Assembly (NCBI GenBank): GCA_002269645.1
Contig: NIVC01002336.1
Location: 62,001-126,000 of the forward strand
Direction: 5' to 3'
DNA length: 64,000 bases
Source of the DNA: Macrostomum lignano
Lineage: Eukaryota
Shown: positions 42,435 to 53,854 of the stretch, piece after piece
Position numbering within the stretch: position 1 is the first letter of the stretch
Layout: every line of letters begins with the position of its first letter
Notes under the pieces: generated by a model
Told to the model about the DNA's origin: nothing
Seen by the model: only the letters and a program-made list of their open reading frames with translations
Database searches by the model: none
Made by a program: the position numbers and the translations under genes

Positions 42435-44723
42435 GATCACATGACCTACTAATTAAAGTTGCCGCCAGCAGAGAATAATGGACAGGCGCTACAGCTTGGC
42501 CCAATCATATAAGTCTTGGTCCCAACACTCTTGTCAGCTCAAAAGGCCGCACGGAGCAACCCTGAGTGCACCAAGTCTAGCTGCCACTCTAGCATAGCCG
42601 TCAGCATCCACATCGGCATTAAAATATGCTATATTTTAGCTTGCTCTATATTGGGCTGTTGTATTAAAAATATCTTGCTTATACTATATATGCCAATGTA
42701 TTGAGTTGAAAAGGCTTCTGTGCACTAGAATTTTCTAGGCAAAAAGACATTATCCTAAGTGTAGGTTCTACAAAGTAAGGCCTAATCATTTTATACTAGT
42801 ATCTGCTTTCCAGGTTATTATAATAATAAATATTATAATATTATTTTTGGCAAATCAAAGACCTAGCTTTTGCTTTAAATATCTGTTTTCTTTAGCTTAG
42901 GTTATACAAAGTTTTAAGAAGTATAAAAATGTCCTATGGGTAAAAATCTAAGTCATCTGTTTACTTTTTAAGCAAAATATAATATACAAAAATATAGATA
43001 TAAACAAACAGTGATTAAACTTAACTTAATTAAAACTTACAGTAAAGAATGTTAACATTCATATTTTCCTCGACCTTTGATGATGAGCCACAATTGAGGC
43101 TTCGAAATGCAAATTTATCAAAATTATAACTAAGTAGTAAAGATACAATACAGGTTAAACCTGGCCAGCCAGCCCACTAAGATTTAGAAAACAGGTAGGC
43201 CTAAGTTTAGGCTGATGATAAAGCTATAACTAAGCAAACAAGTAAGAACAGTAGTTTTAGTTGTTTTTGTATTGTTATGTGTAAAGACAAAGTTAAGTAG
43301 AGTAGGCGGCGTAGTAGGCTAGGCTCAAGAGTCAAGCTGTTATTTGTATTGTACAGACGTTTTGGAATGAAATTATAAATGCAAATTTAAATCGTAAGTA
43401 TTTATTTTAGTCAAATTATCTGTATTAGCTACCTTATTCATTTGCTTTTAAACCTAAGGTACAAATTTCACTATTGTTAATGTGGTGGTGAAACTGAAGC
43501 GGATCATCATGCAGTCAGGTGATTATTTTCATAGAACTTCTACTTTTTAAAAAACGAAATTTAATGTTTAATCAAATATGTGTAAATTGAAGGGATAAAA
43601 AGTAATAATTTATCCGTGTTTATACTGAAAATTAGCATTAAATTACTTGTAGTTATTGCTGAGGTGATCGTATCTATCAACTTTACCATGTGCATGTGCA
43701 TTTAAATGCATGTTGCTAACGCAATTTAACTAACCTGAATTCCCCATTAATGACCGAGTAGCTAGCTAGGCATTCAAATCGAATTTTTCTCGACCAAATT
43801 TGTCCATGGCGGAACACCATTTAGCGCTATGCGTTCTCTACATATACTCAAACGTTTGATCTGCACCGACGACCTCCAGCTCTCATCGATGCACTACACC
43901 ATTCTACCCTTCTGTTATCCATGATTTACATACACGAGTATGTACGATCGGAGGGTTATGTACTGTATTTTTTGCAGCTGAAGCAAGTGCGTGTAATCCG
44001 AGATCAACTGTGTACAAAAATGAGTGCATGCACCGGTGGCTTGCATTCTTCAATTTAATATAGAAACTATATTTATTTGATTGAAGCTGTTTGAATTACT
44101 TGTATCTGCAGATTTAGGATTAAACTGTACGAACTTTAGAACTGTAAGACTTGCATTTGCAGGCACAAGACAAATGAATTCACACTCAGTTTTGTGTCGC
44201 AAACTGTTTGTCTTTACTCTCACAACATGTATATCTACACGTATGGTATGATATGTACATATGGTAGGTATACGAGCTTCATGTACACTGATAGACACGC
44301 GTGCTTGTAGATCTACCTATACCTACCTACTTATGCGCAATCCTTCAAACAGTTTGCTTTTTATTTAAAGCTAACTTTGACATACAAACTGCTATAGGCT
44401 AGCGTTTCAGCAGAAATGCGATCGGTAGCTATATAGTAGGATCGAGATCATGCAGGACTAAGGGTTGGTTGGAGAATGAGGACCGGCTGATCGAAACAGG
44501 TGCTTCCGAAATGGGCTGGGTGTGAAATGTACATTGCAATCAAGAGAGCTGATCCACCCAAAAGAGCAGAAACAGCGCACGCACAGTAGCGAGGAAATCG
44601 GATATTGTTACACTGTTACAATTGTATACACTGTGAATGTATAGATCGAGTCAAAAAGCATGCAGTAGCAAATCCAATATAGCTACGAACAGTCTAAGTT
44701 GCCTCCATTCCTGCCGCTGCTAG

Positions 44724-45554
44724 ACAACTGCTGCTGCGTTGAAGTTGAATGACATAAGTGCACAGAAAACATTCAAGAGCTCAGAACGAAACGATATGAA
44801 ACCCAGCTCGGATTCTACTCAGCCAGAAATTGATGAAGAAGAGTATCTGGGGAAAAGCTCGACGCGGAGCGAATCGAATCAGCTGCCTTCCGGAAGCACC
44901 GGGCAGTCTCGCCCAGCAAAGATCTGGAACCCTGTGCGTCGACTGTTCGAAGGCAAAGAAAAACCTTTGCCAAACAAAGGCGCAGATGTGGCAACTACCT
45001 CGATTGAACCACCAAACTTGCCATTTGAAGCATCTGTAAAGCCGCTGGGAGCTGCCCCAGCTGACGGACTGCAGGGCGTTGCTAGCATCATTGGCCCCAC
45101 TGAACGGCTAGTCGAAGCGGCGGCTCTGTGTCCTAACAGAACACATGGCCTGCCAGTTTGGAGACTGCGCGTTCGGTCAAAAGGCGTTAGAGTCGCTGCT
45201 TTGCCTACTGACCAAAAGCTGCGTCAATCCGGAACCACCGCAACCTCTGGTTCTGACGAGCGCAGCACCAACGGCTCAACGCCGACTGTATTTTTTCCAA
45301 CCGAGTCGCTGTCGTATGTAGCCGTTTGTCCCAGCAAGCCTCGCATCCTTTGTCTAGTATCAGTTGACATCGCAGCTGGAGGAGCCTCGGCAATCAACCC
45401 AACCTGTCATGCCTACCTGTGCGATTCATTTGACACAAGCCGGCGTCTCGTCTCCGCGGTCACCAGCGCCTTTCACAGGGCGCACCGTCGGCATGGTCGG
45501 AATCGGCGTTTTATTAGCCTGTCTGCTTTTGAATGTCACCAAGAGGAGGCTTGA
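44724..45554 (+). CDS. PTB/PID-domain protein (5' end uncertain)
   Basis: FEASVKPLG..G.., LRVRSKGVRV, LSYVAV..RILCLV, TCHAYLC..SRRLVSAVTSAFHRA fit the PTB pattern; possible acceptor CTAG at 44720-44723 or in-frame ATG near 44796. Confidence 0.6.
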   Translation, partial: TTAAALKLNDISAQKTFKSSERNDMKPSSDSTQPEIDEEEYLGKSSTRSESNQLPSGSTGQSRPAKIWNPVRRLFEGKEKPLPNKGADVATTSIEPPNLPFEASVKPLGAAPADGLQGVASIIGPTERLVEAAALCPNRTHGLPVWRLRVRSKGVRVAALPTDQKLRQSGTTATSGSDERSTNGSTPTVFFPTESLSYVAVCPSKPRILCLVSVDIAAGGASAINPTCHAYLCDSFDTSRRLVSAVTSAFHRAHRRHGRNRRFISLSAFECHQEEA

Positions 45555-45789
45555 TACTTTTTACCTCGCTTAGAAACAAAATTCCATAGTTAATAGTGCG
45601 TACTACGTACTCGTGTATATGTTTTCAATACAGCTCAGGCAAACTGCTTAATGGCTCGTATTCAGAGAATTTTATAAACAAATAAATGGGAAATTCATGT
45701 GCGGCAGGTGTATGACCTGTGTAACCTGTTGAAACATACCGAAATAACGCTAGAAAAATCCAATCCTGCTAGCAATCGTCTTGCTGGCA

Positions 45790-45945
45790 AACATCATGGA
45801 TGGCAAAGATCCCGGATGGAAAACATCCCCTGGATGGCAAAGATCCTGCAGGATGGCAAATATCCAGGATGGCGAATATCCAGGATGGAAAACATCCCTA
45901 TGATGGCAAACATCCAGGATAGAAAACATCCCCAAGATGGCAAGG
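45790..45945. repeat. Degenerate ~15-bp repeat
   Basis: GGATGGCAAACATCC-like units. Confidence 0.75.
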
Positions 45946-46143
45946 ATATTGAAGGAAAACGTTTTGCAAAGAAGCATCGTAGGATCTGAGACACGCAATT
46001 CCAAGCTTGAGCAAGAATTATTCATCAATGTATATGTATGTATGTATAATGTATGTATGTATGTTCGTATGTATGTATTTATTCTATGCATCTATGCATC
46101 CATTCTATGTATCTATTCCATGTATGCACGAGCGTATGTATGC

Positions 46144-46885
46144 TACGCCGACGACCTTGCCCTGCTGTCCTCAACTGTCGAGTGAGTGTCGGCCTGGTGG
46201 TCAACACGCAGCAGACCGTCGTGCCGGACGACATCGAGGCTGCGATTTTGTGCCGAGGCGCTGATGGACAGGCGACAGAGCTTCCGCCTTGTCAGCAGTT
46301 CGTCTACCTCGGCAGTCTGGTTCCCGGCATCCGCGAGGATTTGCGGCGTCGCCGCAGGCTTTCCTGGGCTGCCTGTGAGGGAAGTCCTGCAGTCCGAGGC
46401 CTTACCTGATCGCCAGAGAGCGGCGTTGTTCCAGGCGGTGATCGAGACCGTCCTGCTGTACAACGCCGAGACCTGGACGCTGACGGAGTCGCTCGAGCAA
46501 CAAGTTGACGCGGCGCACGCTGACCTGCTGCGCGCCGCCTTCAAGATCGGCTACGAGCGAGTGACCAACGCGGCTTTGTATCGCCGCGCCGGCCTGGTCC
46601 GTCCAAGCGACCTGTTGCGCCGTCGGCGACTCCAGCTGGCAGGCCACATCCTCCGCGCCGAGTCGTACTGCCCCGAGCCGGTGCCGGAGGTGCTGCTGCT
46701 AACGCTGCAGGCACCCTACCGGCGGGGGCAGGCGTGCACTCGGCGTTTCGTCGACTGCCTGCTGGCTGACGCCGGCGCCCCGGATTCGGCCGGCGGCGTG
46801 GCGTTCATTCGCGACCTGGCTTTGAAGCGCGCCCTGTGACGCAACTGCGTATTCTGTAGTTGCTGTTGTTGTTATTCTACCGGTA
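46144..46885 (+). mobile_element. 5'-truncated, frameshifted non-LTR retrotransposon (RTE-like RT C-terminus)
   Basis: YADDLALL at 46144, then FVYLGS and LFQAVIETVLLYNAETWTLT..RRRRLQLAGHILR; short (GTT)n tail; flanked on both sides by TATG/TATC microsatellite. Confidence 0.8.
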
Positions 46886-47806
46886 TGTATCTATGTATCT
46901 ATTCTACGAGCCTATGTATCTCTCTGTCTGAACTTCAACTACTACAGCCGAGGGGGCATTTTCTATTGAAAAATAGGATGCAAATAGGATCTGGCAATGC
47001 GTGATGCAACACTGTCTTTAAAATATCGACTTCAACAAATTTGAAGCAATCAGTTAACGCAATTATATTTTCATTATTTAAACAGCGAATTCTGACACAC
47101 ACGCAGTGATAAACAGAAATAACTAGTGTGGAATGATTATTTTAACTTTGAGCTGACAATTTTATGCAGTCATACCGTGCGACTTGCACGCAGGAACGGA
47201 TTCATTTGAATTCATAGTATAATGAAGTATTTGTAGATAAATATAAAACGTGCACGCATAGAAAACTCTTCTCTAGAAACTAAAGATATGACTGAAGTCA
47301 CATAAAAATTGAAATACCATCTGAATAAACCAAATTAAGAAGAAGGAGCCAGAACTGAACATTTTCTGAGCACTGTCTCATAATTTTCGAATTGGCGACA
47401 AAAAAATCAGAAGGTGACATGGATTATAAAGCAAAACAGGAAGCCTAATTATTCCGCTTACCTGGAATAAGTTTTATTGACAAGGGTGTCGCTTTTTAAG
47501 TAAAAAGTAGCTCTTTAACAATATTTTAATTTTCATTTGACAAAATGAATTGCTTCATTCAGTCTGGTTTATCAGACAACCTGAACCCGATTTTGAGCTG
47601 AGTCCCAGTCTGAGATCCTAAGATTTACACTATTGCTCTCTAGTGATGAAGCTAGCAATCATCAATTTTACTCAAAAATTTCATTTCGTAAGGCCAGACA
47701 CCAGAAAGCAATCGCAGTGTCTTGATCAGATGATCAACAGGAAGCAAAGAAAACTTGAAGTGTCTCTATGAGCAGAATTGAGCCTAGTCAGAACAGAGTG
47801 TGTCAA

Positions 47807-50274
47807 TCAATCGTTTTGAGAATATTGGTTCTCAAACTGAGTCTTGTAGGTCTGGAAAATGTCCTTCAGCCTGGCGAAGGTCGGCCTGTCTTCGGGCCTC
47901 TCGTGCCAACAGTCCAGCATCAATTTGTACACATGATCGTCGTTCTCGTTGCCCAGACTTCTAGGGTTCGGCATCCGGTATTTCTCTTTAGACACTCTGG
48001 TGATAATTTCTTTGTTTGGAATGTTTGCGTACGGAACTGCGCCCCTGGTAACAACCTCGTAGATCAGTACGCCGTATGACCAAACGTCTGATTTGATTGT
48101 AAAATTTTCCATGGACTGAGCAGCCTCCGGTGCTGTCCATCTCACAGGAAACTTGTTCTCCACTGCTACTGAGTAAACGTCCTCTTCTAGAAACTTGCTC
48201 AGACCGAAGTCGGCTACTTTAACCACAAAGTTGTGACCAACGAGAATGTTGGCTGCCCTCAAATCTCGATGGACGAAGCTCTTGGTCTCCAGGTACTCCA
48301 TGCCTTCGGCAATCTGGCTCAACATGGTCACCATGACTTCAAATGTGATCTTACCGACATCGCGATCCTTCATCAGGTAATTCTTCAGGTCACCGTTAGG
48401 CATGAACTCGGTGATGATGTAGATGGGGTCGTCTTTGGTGCACACGCCCAGCAGTTGCACTATTTTCGGATGGTGCAACTTGTGCAGAGTGCGGCCTTCG
48501 CTCAGGAACTCCTCCTTGCGCATGGCTCCCTCGGTCATGGTCTTCACGGCCACCATCTGCCTCCGGCCGAGCTGGGCTTTGTGCACCTAAGATATGAAAG
48601 GCGAGCAAGACGTGTAGAGCAGACTGACTTATTGTGTGGATTTAAGCATGTACTCATAGCTAACTCTTATGGTACTCGTATTGTAGATTGTACTCTTAAA
48701 ATGTTGATTGTTTGCACTTTCGAGATGCGTACTAAAAAGCAAAAAAGTGTACAAAATTCTGGCATGTTTTTAAAACGGAGCTTGAAAAAAGATACAGAAT
48801 TATAGAATTGATAGAAGCAGTAATTTTAATCTCTACTGGTACAAGGCCAATTATTCAACTCGCTATTCTTAGTGAAAATGCTTTAAAATTCAAGTTAAAC
48901 TATCTGGCTGTTATTTATGCAAAGCAGTTTAGACTACTTAACTATACAAAAAACGAAAACGCAAACTACAAAACTTACAAAACCCTACAAAATTTACAGC
49001 GGTGCTACTGCTGCTGCTCCTGGTTGCTAAAATTAGTGAACCAGTCATGTCTAAAAACTTGAAACCGCTTGCCGCTTAGTTTTTAGACGCCTCAGTAGGT
49101 TTGCCAGCTATCTTAGAACCAATCAATAATAATAATACACATGTAGCTATATACAGTAGAACTGCGTAGGTACAACTAGCCAGCTGGTGTCTGTCCTCTC
49201 AATTACATTTATAGTTGAAAGCACAGTGCAGCAACTTCTGCGCGCTTTTATCAGAGCAAGTGTGTCGCGTTGAACTCGGACCAAAAAAGGAAACTCCAAC
49301 CATTGCATGGCTTACAAATTTATATAGGCTTATTGAACTTTATCTTCACCTATCCGTCTCCCTGAAGCCTTTTTTCTTATAAGGATATGCAGCTCCAGAT
49401 AAGTGCAGATAAATTCTTGACGGACAAGCGGTCAATTGGAAATGTCAATTTGGTTAAAATTCTTGCTCTAAATTCTAAATCTTTTTTTAACTGTCAGTTC
49501 TTGCGAGCCTTGTACTCGGACCAGAATAATCAGAATTGTTCGAAAAACGCTCGTACAACAGTTACATAAAAGCCAAACCTCTCCAAATGATCCGCTGCCC
49601 AGCTTCTCAAGAATAGTGATCCGCTCTCGTTCCACCTCAAAGTCGCGGAACTGGGCCGGGGGCACCCACACCTTCGGGCAGGGCAAACTGAGAGGCGCAG
49701 CAAGACCGCGGCCCAGCTCCTTGTAGTACTCCAGCAGGTCAGCCATTCCGTCAAATCTGTTGCTTGGCGATATGTAGTATCCGCCATTGTCCATCGCTTT
49801 CACCATGTAGTGACTTACTGTTGGTCGCATTTCACCGGTATTCTCGTTAAGCACTTCGGATCGAACGCTCAGAGTGTACTTAGCAACTACTCTTTGCTGG
49901 TGGCAAGGCCGCAGCAGGTAGGTGCCCGGCTTGTAGCCTGGCATCAGTAAGTTACTCATCGCCTCGTGACGGTCGACGTCAAACCAGCAAGGCAGGGACT
50001 CCGGTCCGAGATCGAGGCGCTGCACAAAATTTGACGGTACGAAGCCGGTTTCGCCGTCTTTGTTGCGACACCAACACCAGCCTTCGACGTCCTCACGCTC
50101 GAAGTACAAGATTTCGTCTTTCTCGAACGACAAGTCGCCGGGTGTTTGGGCGGTATACGCGAACAAGGTTTTCATGCGTGGAGTGGGTTCCAATGGGATG
50201 TCCGACGAAACAGCGCGTGACTCAGACGGCGTACTAGGAACTCTGCCAATCAATCGAGCGAAACACTGGCCCAT
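47807..50274 (-). CDS. Src-family non-receptor tyrosine kinase B, 2 exons, about 491 aa
   Basis: Exons 50274-49579 and 48586-47807, phase 0 (GSGSFGE|VHK). MGQC start, SH3, SH2 (YLLRPC), HRDLRAAN, DFG, KFPVRWTAPE, C-terminal ENQYSQND. Confidence 0.92.
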
Positions 50275-52045
50275 CCTTCTTCCAATATGAGTTTAGCTCG
50301 TAGCTTCAGTATTTTGACTCTGACCGACCAAGAATGCTTTAGTGCAGTGGCATAGGCAATGCTATGGACTATCTACTTTATATGATTTATATAACGGACG
50401 CAAAAGCATGAGCTAAATATATGTAGCTCTGCTCTGCCGCTAAGTGAATCTTGCCGCAAGATACGCAGGTCACTCAATAATTATCTAGCCCCAATCCGAG
50501 GAAAGGAAGTTTGTCTTGATTCTTAATGTACAGCAGAGTTGTTTTGCGAACAAGCACGGCTGCAAACTGAGGAGCTCTGTGTGCGTTTTACTGAAGTGAG
50601 CACCTTGCCTCTGCGCACTTGTTATCTGTCGCCTGTTTCAGACCACACGGCCGTGTGCTCATTCCATGTGTGTTATAGGCATATAAAACATCGTCTTTTG
50701 GTAGCAAGAAATCCACAGGACCGCTAGTATTAACAAGAATTATGATATGACTAATTGACTGGAAGACAGACTAGAATAAGTAGTCTGGATTCTCAATTAT
50801 TTGGCTCAGATCTGGTTTAGTTTTTATTCTTTAACCGGATCAGATGAAGCATTTTCAACAATTCTATTTGCATCTGGGCTTCTTTAAATGAAACCGCGGG
50901 AGCAACCAAACCCCGGCCAGATTTAATAATTGCGAATATGAATCCAGCCGAACGGATGCGCTATACTGATTGACATGTGATAGTCTTGTGTTCGAAAGAT
51001 TTCAAGGTCACAATAACTCCTAAAACTTAGCTAGTTTAATTAGCAATAATAGAATATTGAGTATTCAACTTCCATTCTTTAACGACACAAACGTTGATCC
51101 AGGCGGTGGTGGAGAACTTTACAACTGTTTTACAACACTGAGATCTGCACGCTGGCGGACTGGCTGGAAGACCAAAAGGTGGACGCGTTGCACGCTCGCC
51201 AACCTTTGAGATGTTGTTCTACTCCAGACGGTAGGGGTCACATCATGCCTACAGCTGGTACAGGTGCTGCTGCTAGCGCTGCAGACACTGCAGGCTTTTC
51301 CTCGGCTGACACTGGCGCCCGAAATCGTTCGATAGCGCGGCCTACATAAGTAGCATAGTGCAGCGCACTTTTTGACAGTTTTGCGAGCAGTTTATAAACA
51401 CGAACAAAAAATATAATTTAATTATAAATAACTTCGAATTCGGAAGTTTTCGAACACATCGCTATATTTACAGTCCAGCGTCATAATATTATTTTGAAGA
51501 AGTGCCCACTATACAATAGCTAGCACAAATACGCTTTCAAATATTGTAGGATTAAAGTGAAAGTGAAATTGACTACCCAGTAAAAGCGCAAAGTTGAACG
51601 CACATTCTAAATAATTAACATTAGATATACTGTAAGACTGGCAATTGAAGTCAAATTGAAATACCACTTGACTGGAATGATTGGCATACCGAAAATATTA
51701 ACAATATTGTATTTAAAAAGGAAGCGAGAGTACACTCTAAATAGAACTGATACTAGAAACTTTACAGAAATTGTGTTATAGATAGAACGCCAAAAAAGAA
51801 CTCATGTACAAGTTATTATAAAATAACTATAACATACTCTGGCAAGGAAAGGCATCTGCTTTAGAGAAACTGACGTCAACAGAAATCAATATAGAGGCCT
51901 ATATACGATACTCCGTACTAGTAGTATTAACTAACAAAGTGAATCAGAAAGAGTATAAGCAATGACAACAAATTCTAAGCTGATAAAATCAGGCATCAAC
52001 TTGTCGCAGTCCCTATTGATCAAGTACCGACCACAGATACTAGAG

Positions 52046-52507
52046 TAACTAGATGGCCCACTCAGTACATTTGCGTGTAAGCTACTTTCAGTTCAGTAGT
52101 AAGTACTAGTAATTTACTATTACTAGTAGTAGTAGTAAATCAAAAGCATTTTAAAGCATTTTTAAAGCCAAAGCTCATTTATTGGCTCTCACCCCACAGC
52201 TTAAACCCTCCAACTGGCGCCCTTCCAACCCCCCACCACCCCCCCCGCCCCGCCACAATTTTTATTGCCTTTCTCAGATTTCCAGCCTAAAGCTGCCATG
52301 TACATTTCAGTGGACTGGCTAATGTACATTATGACTGAACCAATTAGCAAGCTGTTTACGCCTGCAAGCTTGGGATTCTAAAATTATCAAAGTCATTTCA
52401 GCTGCCTTTATTTTCATAAAATAGCTTATATATTCTTCTTTACTACTAAACTTAAAGTAGAAAGCTATTTTACTAAGTTATATATGCCTGAGTGGCCCAT
52501 CTAGTTA
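52046..52507. mobile_element. MITE-like element, copy 2 (inverted relative to 14156)
   Basis: TIR TAACTAGATGG(C/G)CCACTCAG at both ends; body homologous to 14156-14544. Confidence 0.78.
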
Positions 52508-52675
52508 TTTTAGTATCTCTGGTAGCGATGAACCAAAGTGAAACCAAAGCGAAGAAGGTAAGGAACAGTAGTTTAATATCGTACGTCGCATAACAATTCA
52601 CTATAAGCCACCCATTGAAACTTTTGACTGGGTTCTGATCTCAAATACACGTATATTGCGTGTATAACTCGTATC

Positions 52676-53854
52676 TCAGCTGAGGCTGGCTAAATTTCCA
52701 GCATCATAATATCGAGTTCTCACAATGTAGTCCAACATCTCTAGCGCTTCACGACGGGTGCGCCTGCCTTTTACTGTCTTTTGCTGCCTGTGCTGTTGCG
52801 GCTCTGAGTGTTGCTGCGCCTCGTCGTCACTGCTTCGCTTTAGAGATGGATTGGCCTTTATAATGGCACTCACGTCCTGCGGCTTGTTCGCCGGTCTATA
52901 GCGCGGTGTCAGCGTGTTGATCAGTTGGACGCAGCGGGGGTCCGATTGGACGCGCCGCCTGGCGGACGCAGTCCTTGGTCGACGATCCTGCGTCGAAGAC
53001 TGACCGCCGTAGCCCGATGGGGCGCCTGAAGCGATAGATCCGCGCGCCCTATAGCTGCTGGACTGATGACGATAGCTGCGGTTATTCCCGGCACTGGTGA
53101 CGCCAGGCAATCCTAGAGAAAGTGCCGAGGCTGGGGCAAATGCATTTGAGCCCAGACGGTGGCTGCCGGGCCGAGATGCAAATGCAGGCGGTTGGTCTGC
53201 CCATCCCACAGAACCACGAATGTGTGTCCGGGATGTCGACGGCCGCAATGGCTGCTGCTGTTGCTCGTGTACAGTTGGAAGATTCGTTGTTGCTAATGCC
53301 GCTGGGCTTGGGTCGGTTGCCTCATCTTGAGGGAGCGGTAAATTTAACCGACTGCGTAGCTCAGCCTCGGTGAATTTGGAAACCTCATCTATGCTAAGAC
53401 CCAGCCGTCTATTAGCCAGGATCATGAGCTTGGCGTGGACAGATCGCTGATGCAGCTTTTCAACTCCACTAGCACTTTTGTTGCGATACTGCTCAATGTC
53501 CATGCCTTGTAACAATCGGCCAAGTGATTTGGAACGGGCTTTGCGTACCTGATGATCAATAAACTGATTGCGAACGTAGTCACTTTCATTCATCATCTTT
53601 TTTCGTTCTAGAGCCAGATCGTATAATCGGGTCTGGTAGAGGCGCTCCTCCGTCACATTCTCGGGCAGGTCGCCACCCATGCGACCACTGCCAGTTGCTG
53701 CGGCCGCCGTCGCAGCCGATGCGTTAGGAGTCGATGCCGACGGCTCCTCTGATGGCTCCTCGTCACGCTGCTCGATCCAAGACTTGCAGTCCGGCGGCAG
53801 GGTGCGCCGCTGTTGGAAACGCGATGCGACATGTTTGTACCGGCCTATCGGCAT
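52676..53854 (-). CDS. Hypothetical protein, single exon, 392 aa
   Basis: Long non-repetitive GC-rich ORF with an ATG start in AT-rich surroundings; predicted helical N-terminal half and a Ser/Arg-rich disordered half; no domain recognised. Confidence 0.65.
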   Translation of the reverse strand: MPIGRYKHVASRFQQRRTLPPDCKSWIEQRDEEPSEEPSASTPNASAATAAAATGSGRMGGDLPENVTEERLYQTRLYDLALERKKMMNESDYVRNQFIDHQVRKARSKSLGRLLQGMDIEQYRNKSASGVEKLHQRSVHAKLMILANRRLGLSIDEVSKFTEAELRSRLNLPLPQDEATDPSPAALATTNLPTVHEQQQQPLRPSTSRTHIRGSVGWADQPPAFASRPGSHRLGSNAFAPASALSLGLPGVTSAGNNRSYRHQSSSYRARGSIASGAPSGYGGQSSTQDRRPRTASARRRVQSDPRCVQLINTLTPRYRPANKPQDVSAIIKANPSLKRSSDDEAQQHSEPQQHRQQKTVKGRRTRREALEMLDYIVRTRYYDAGNLASLS

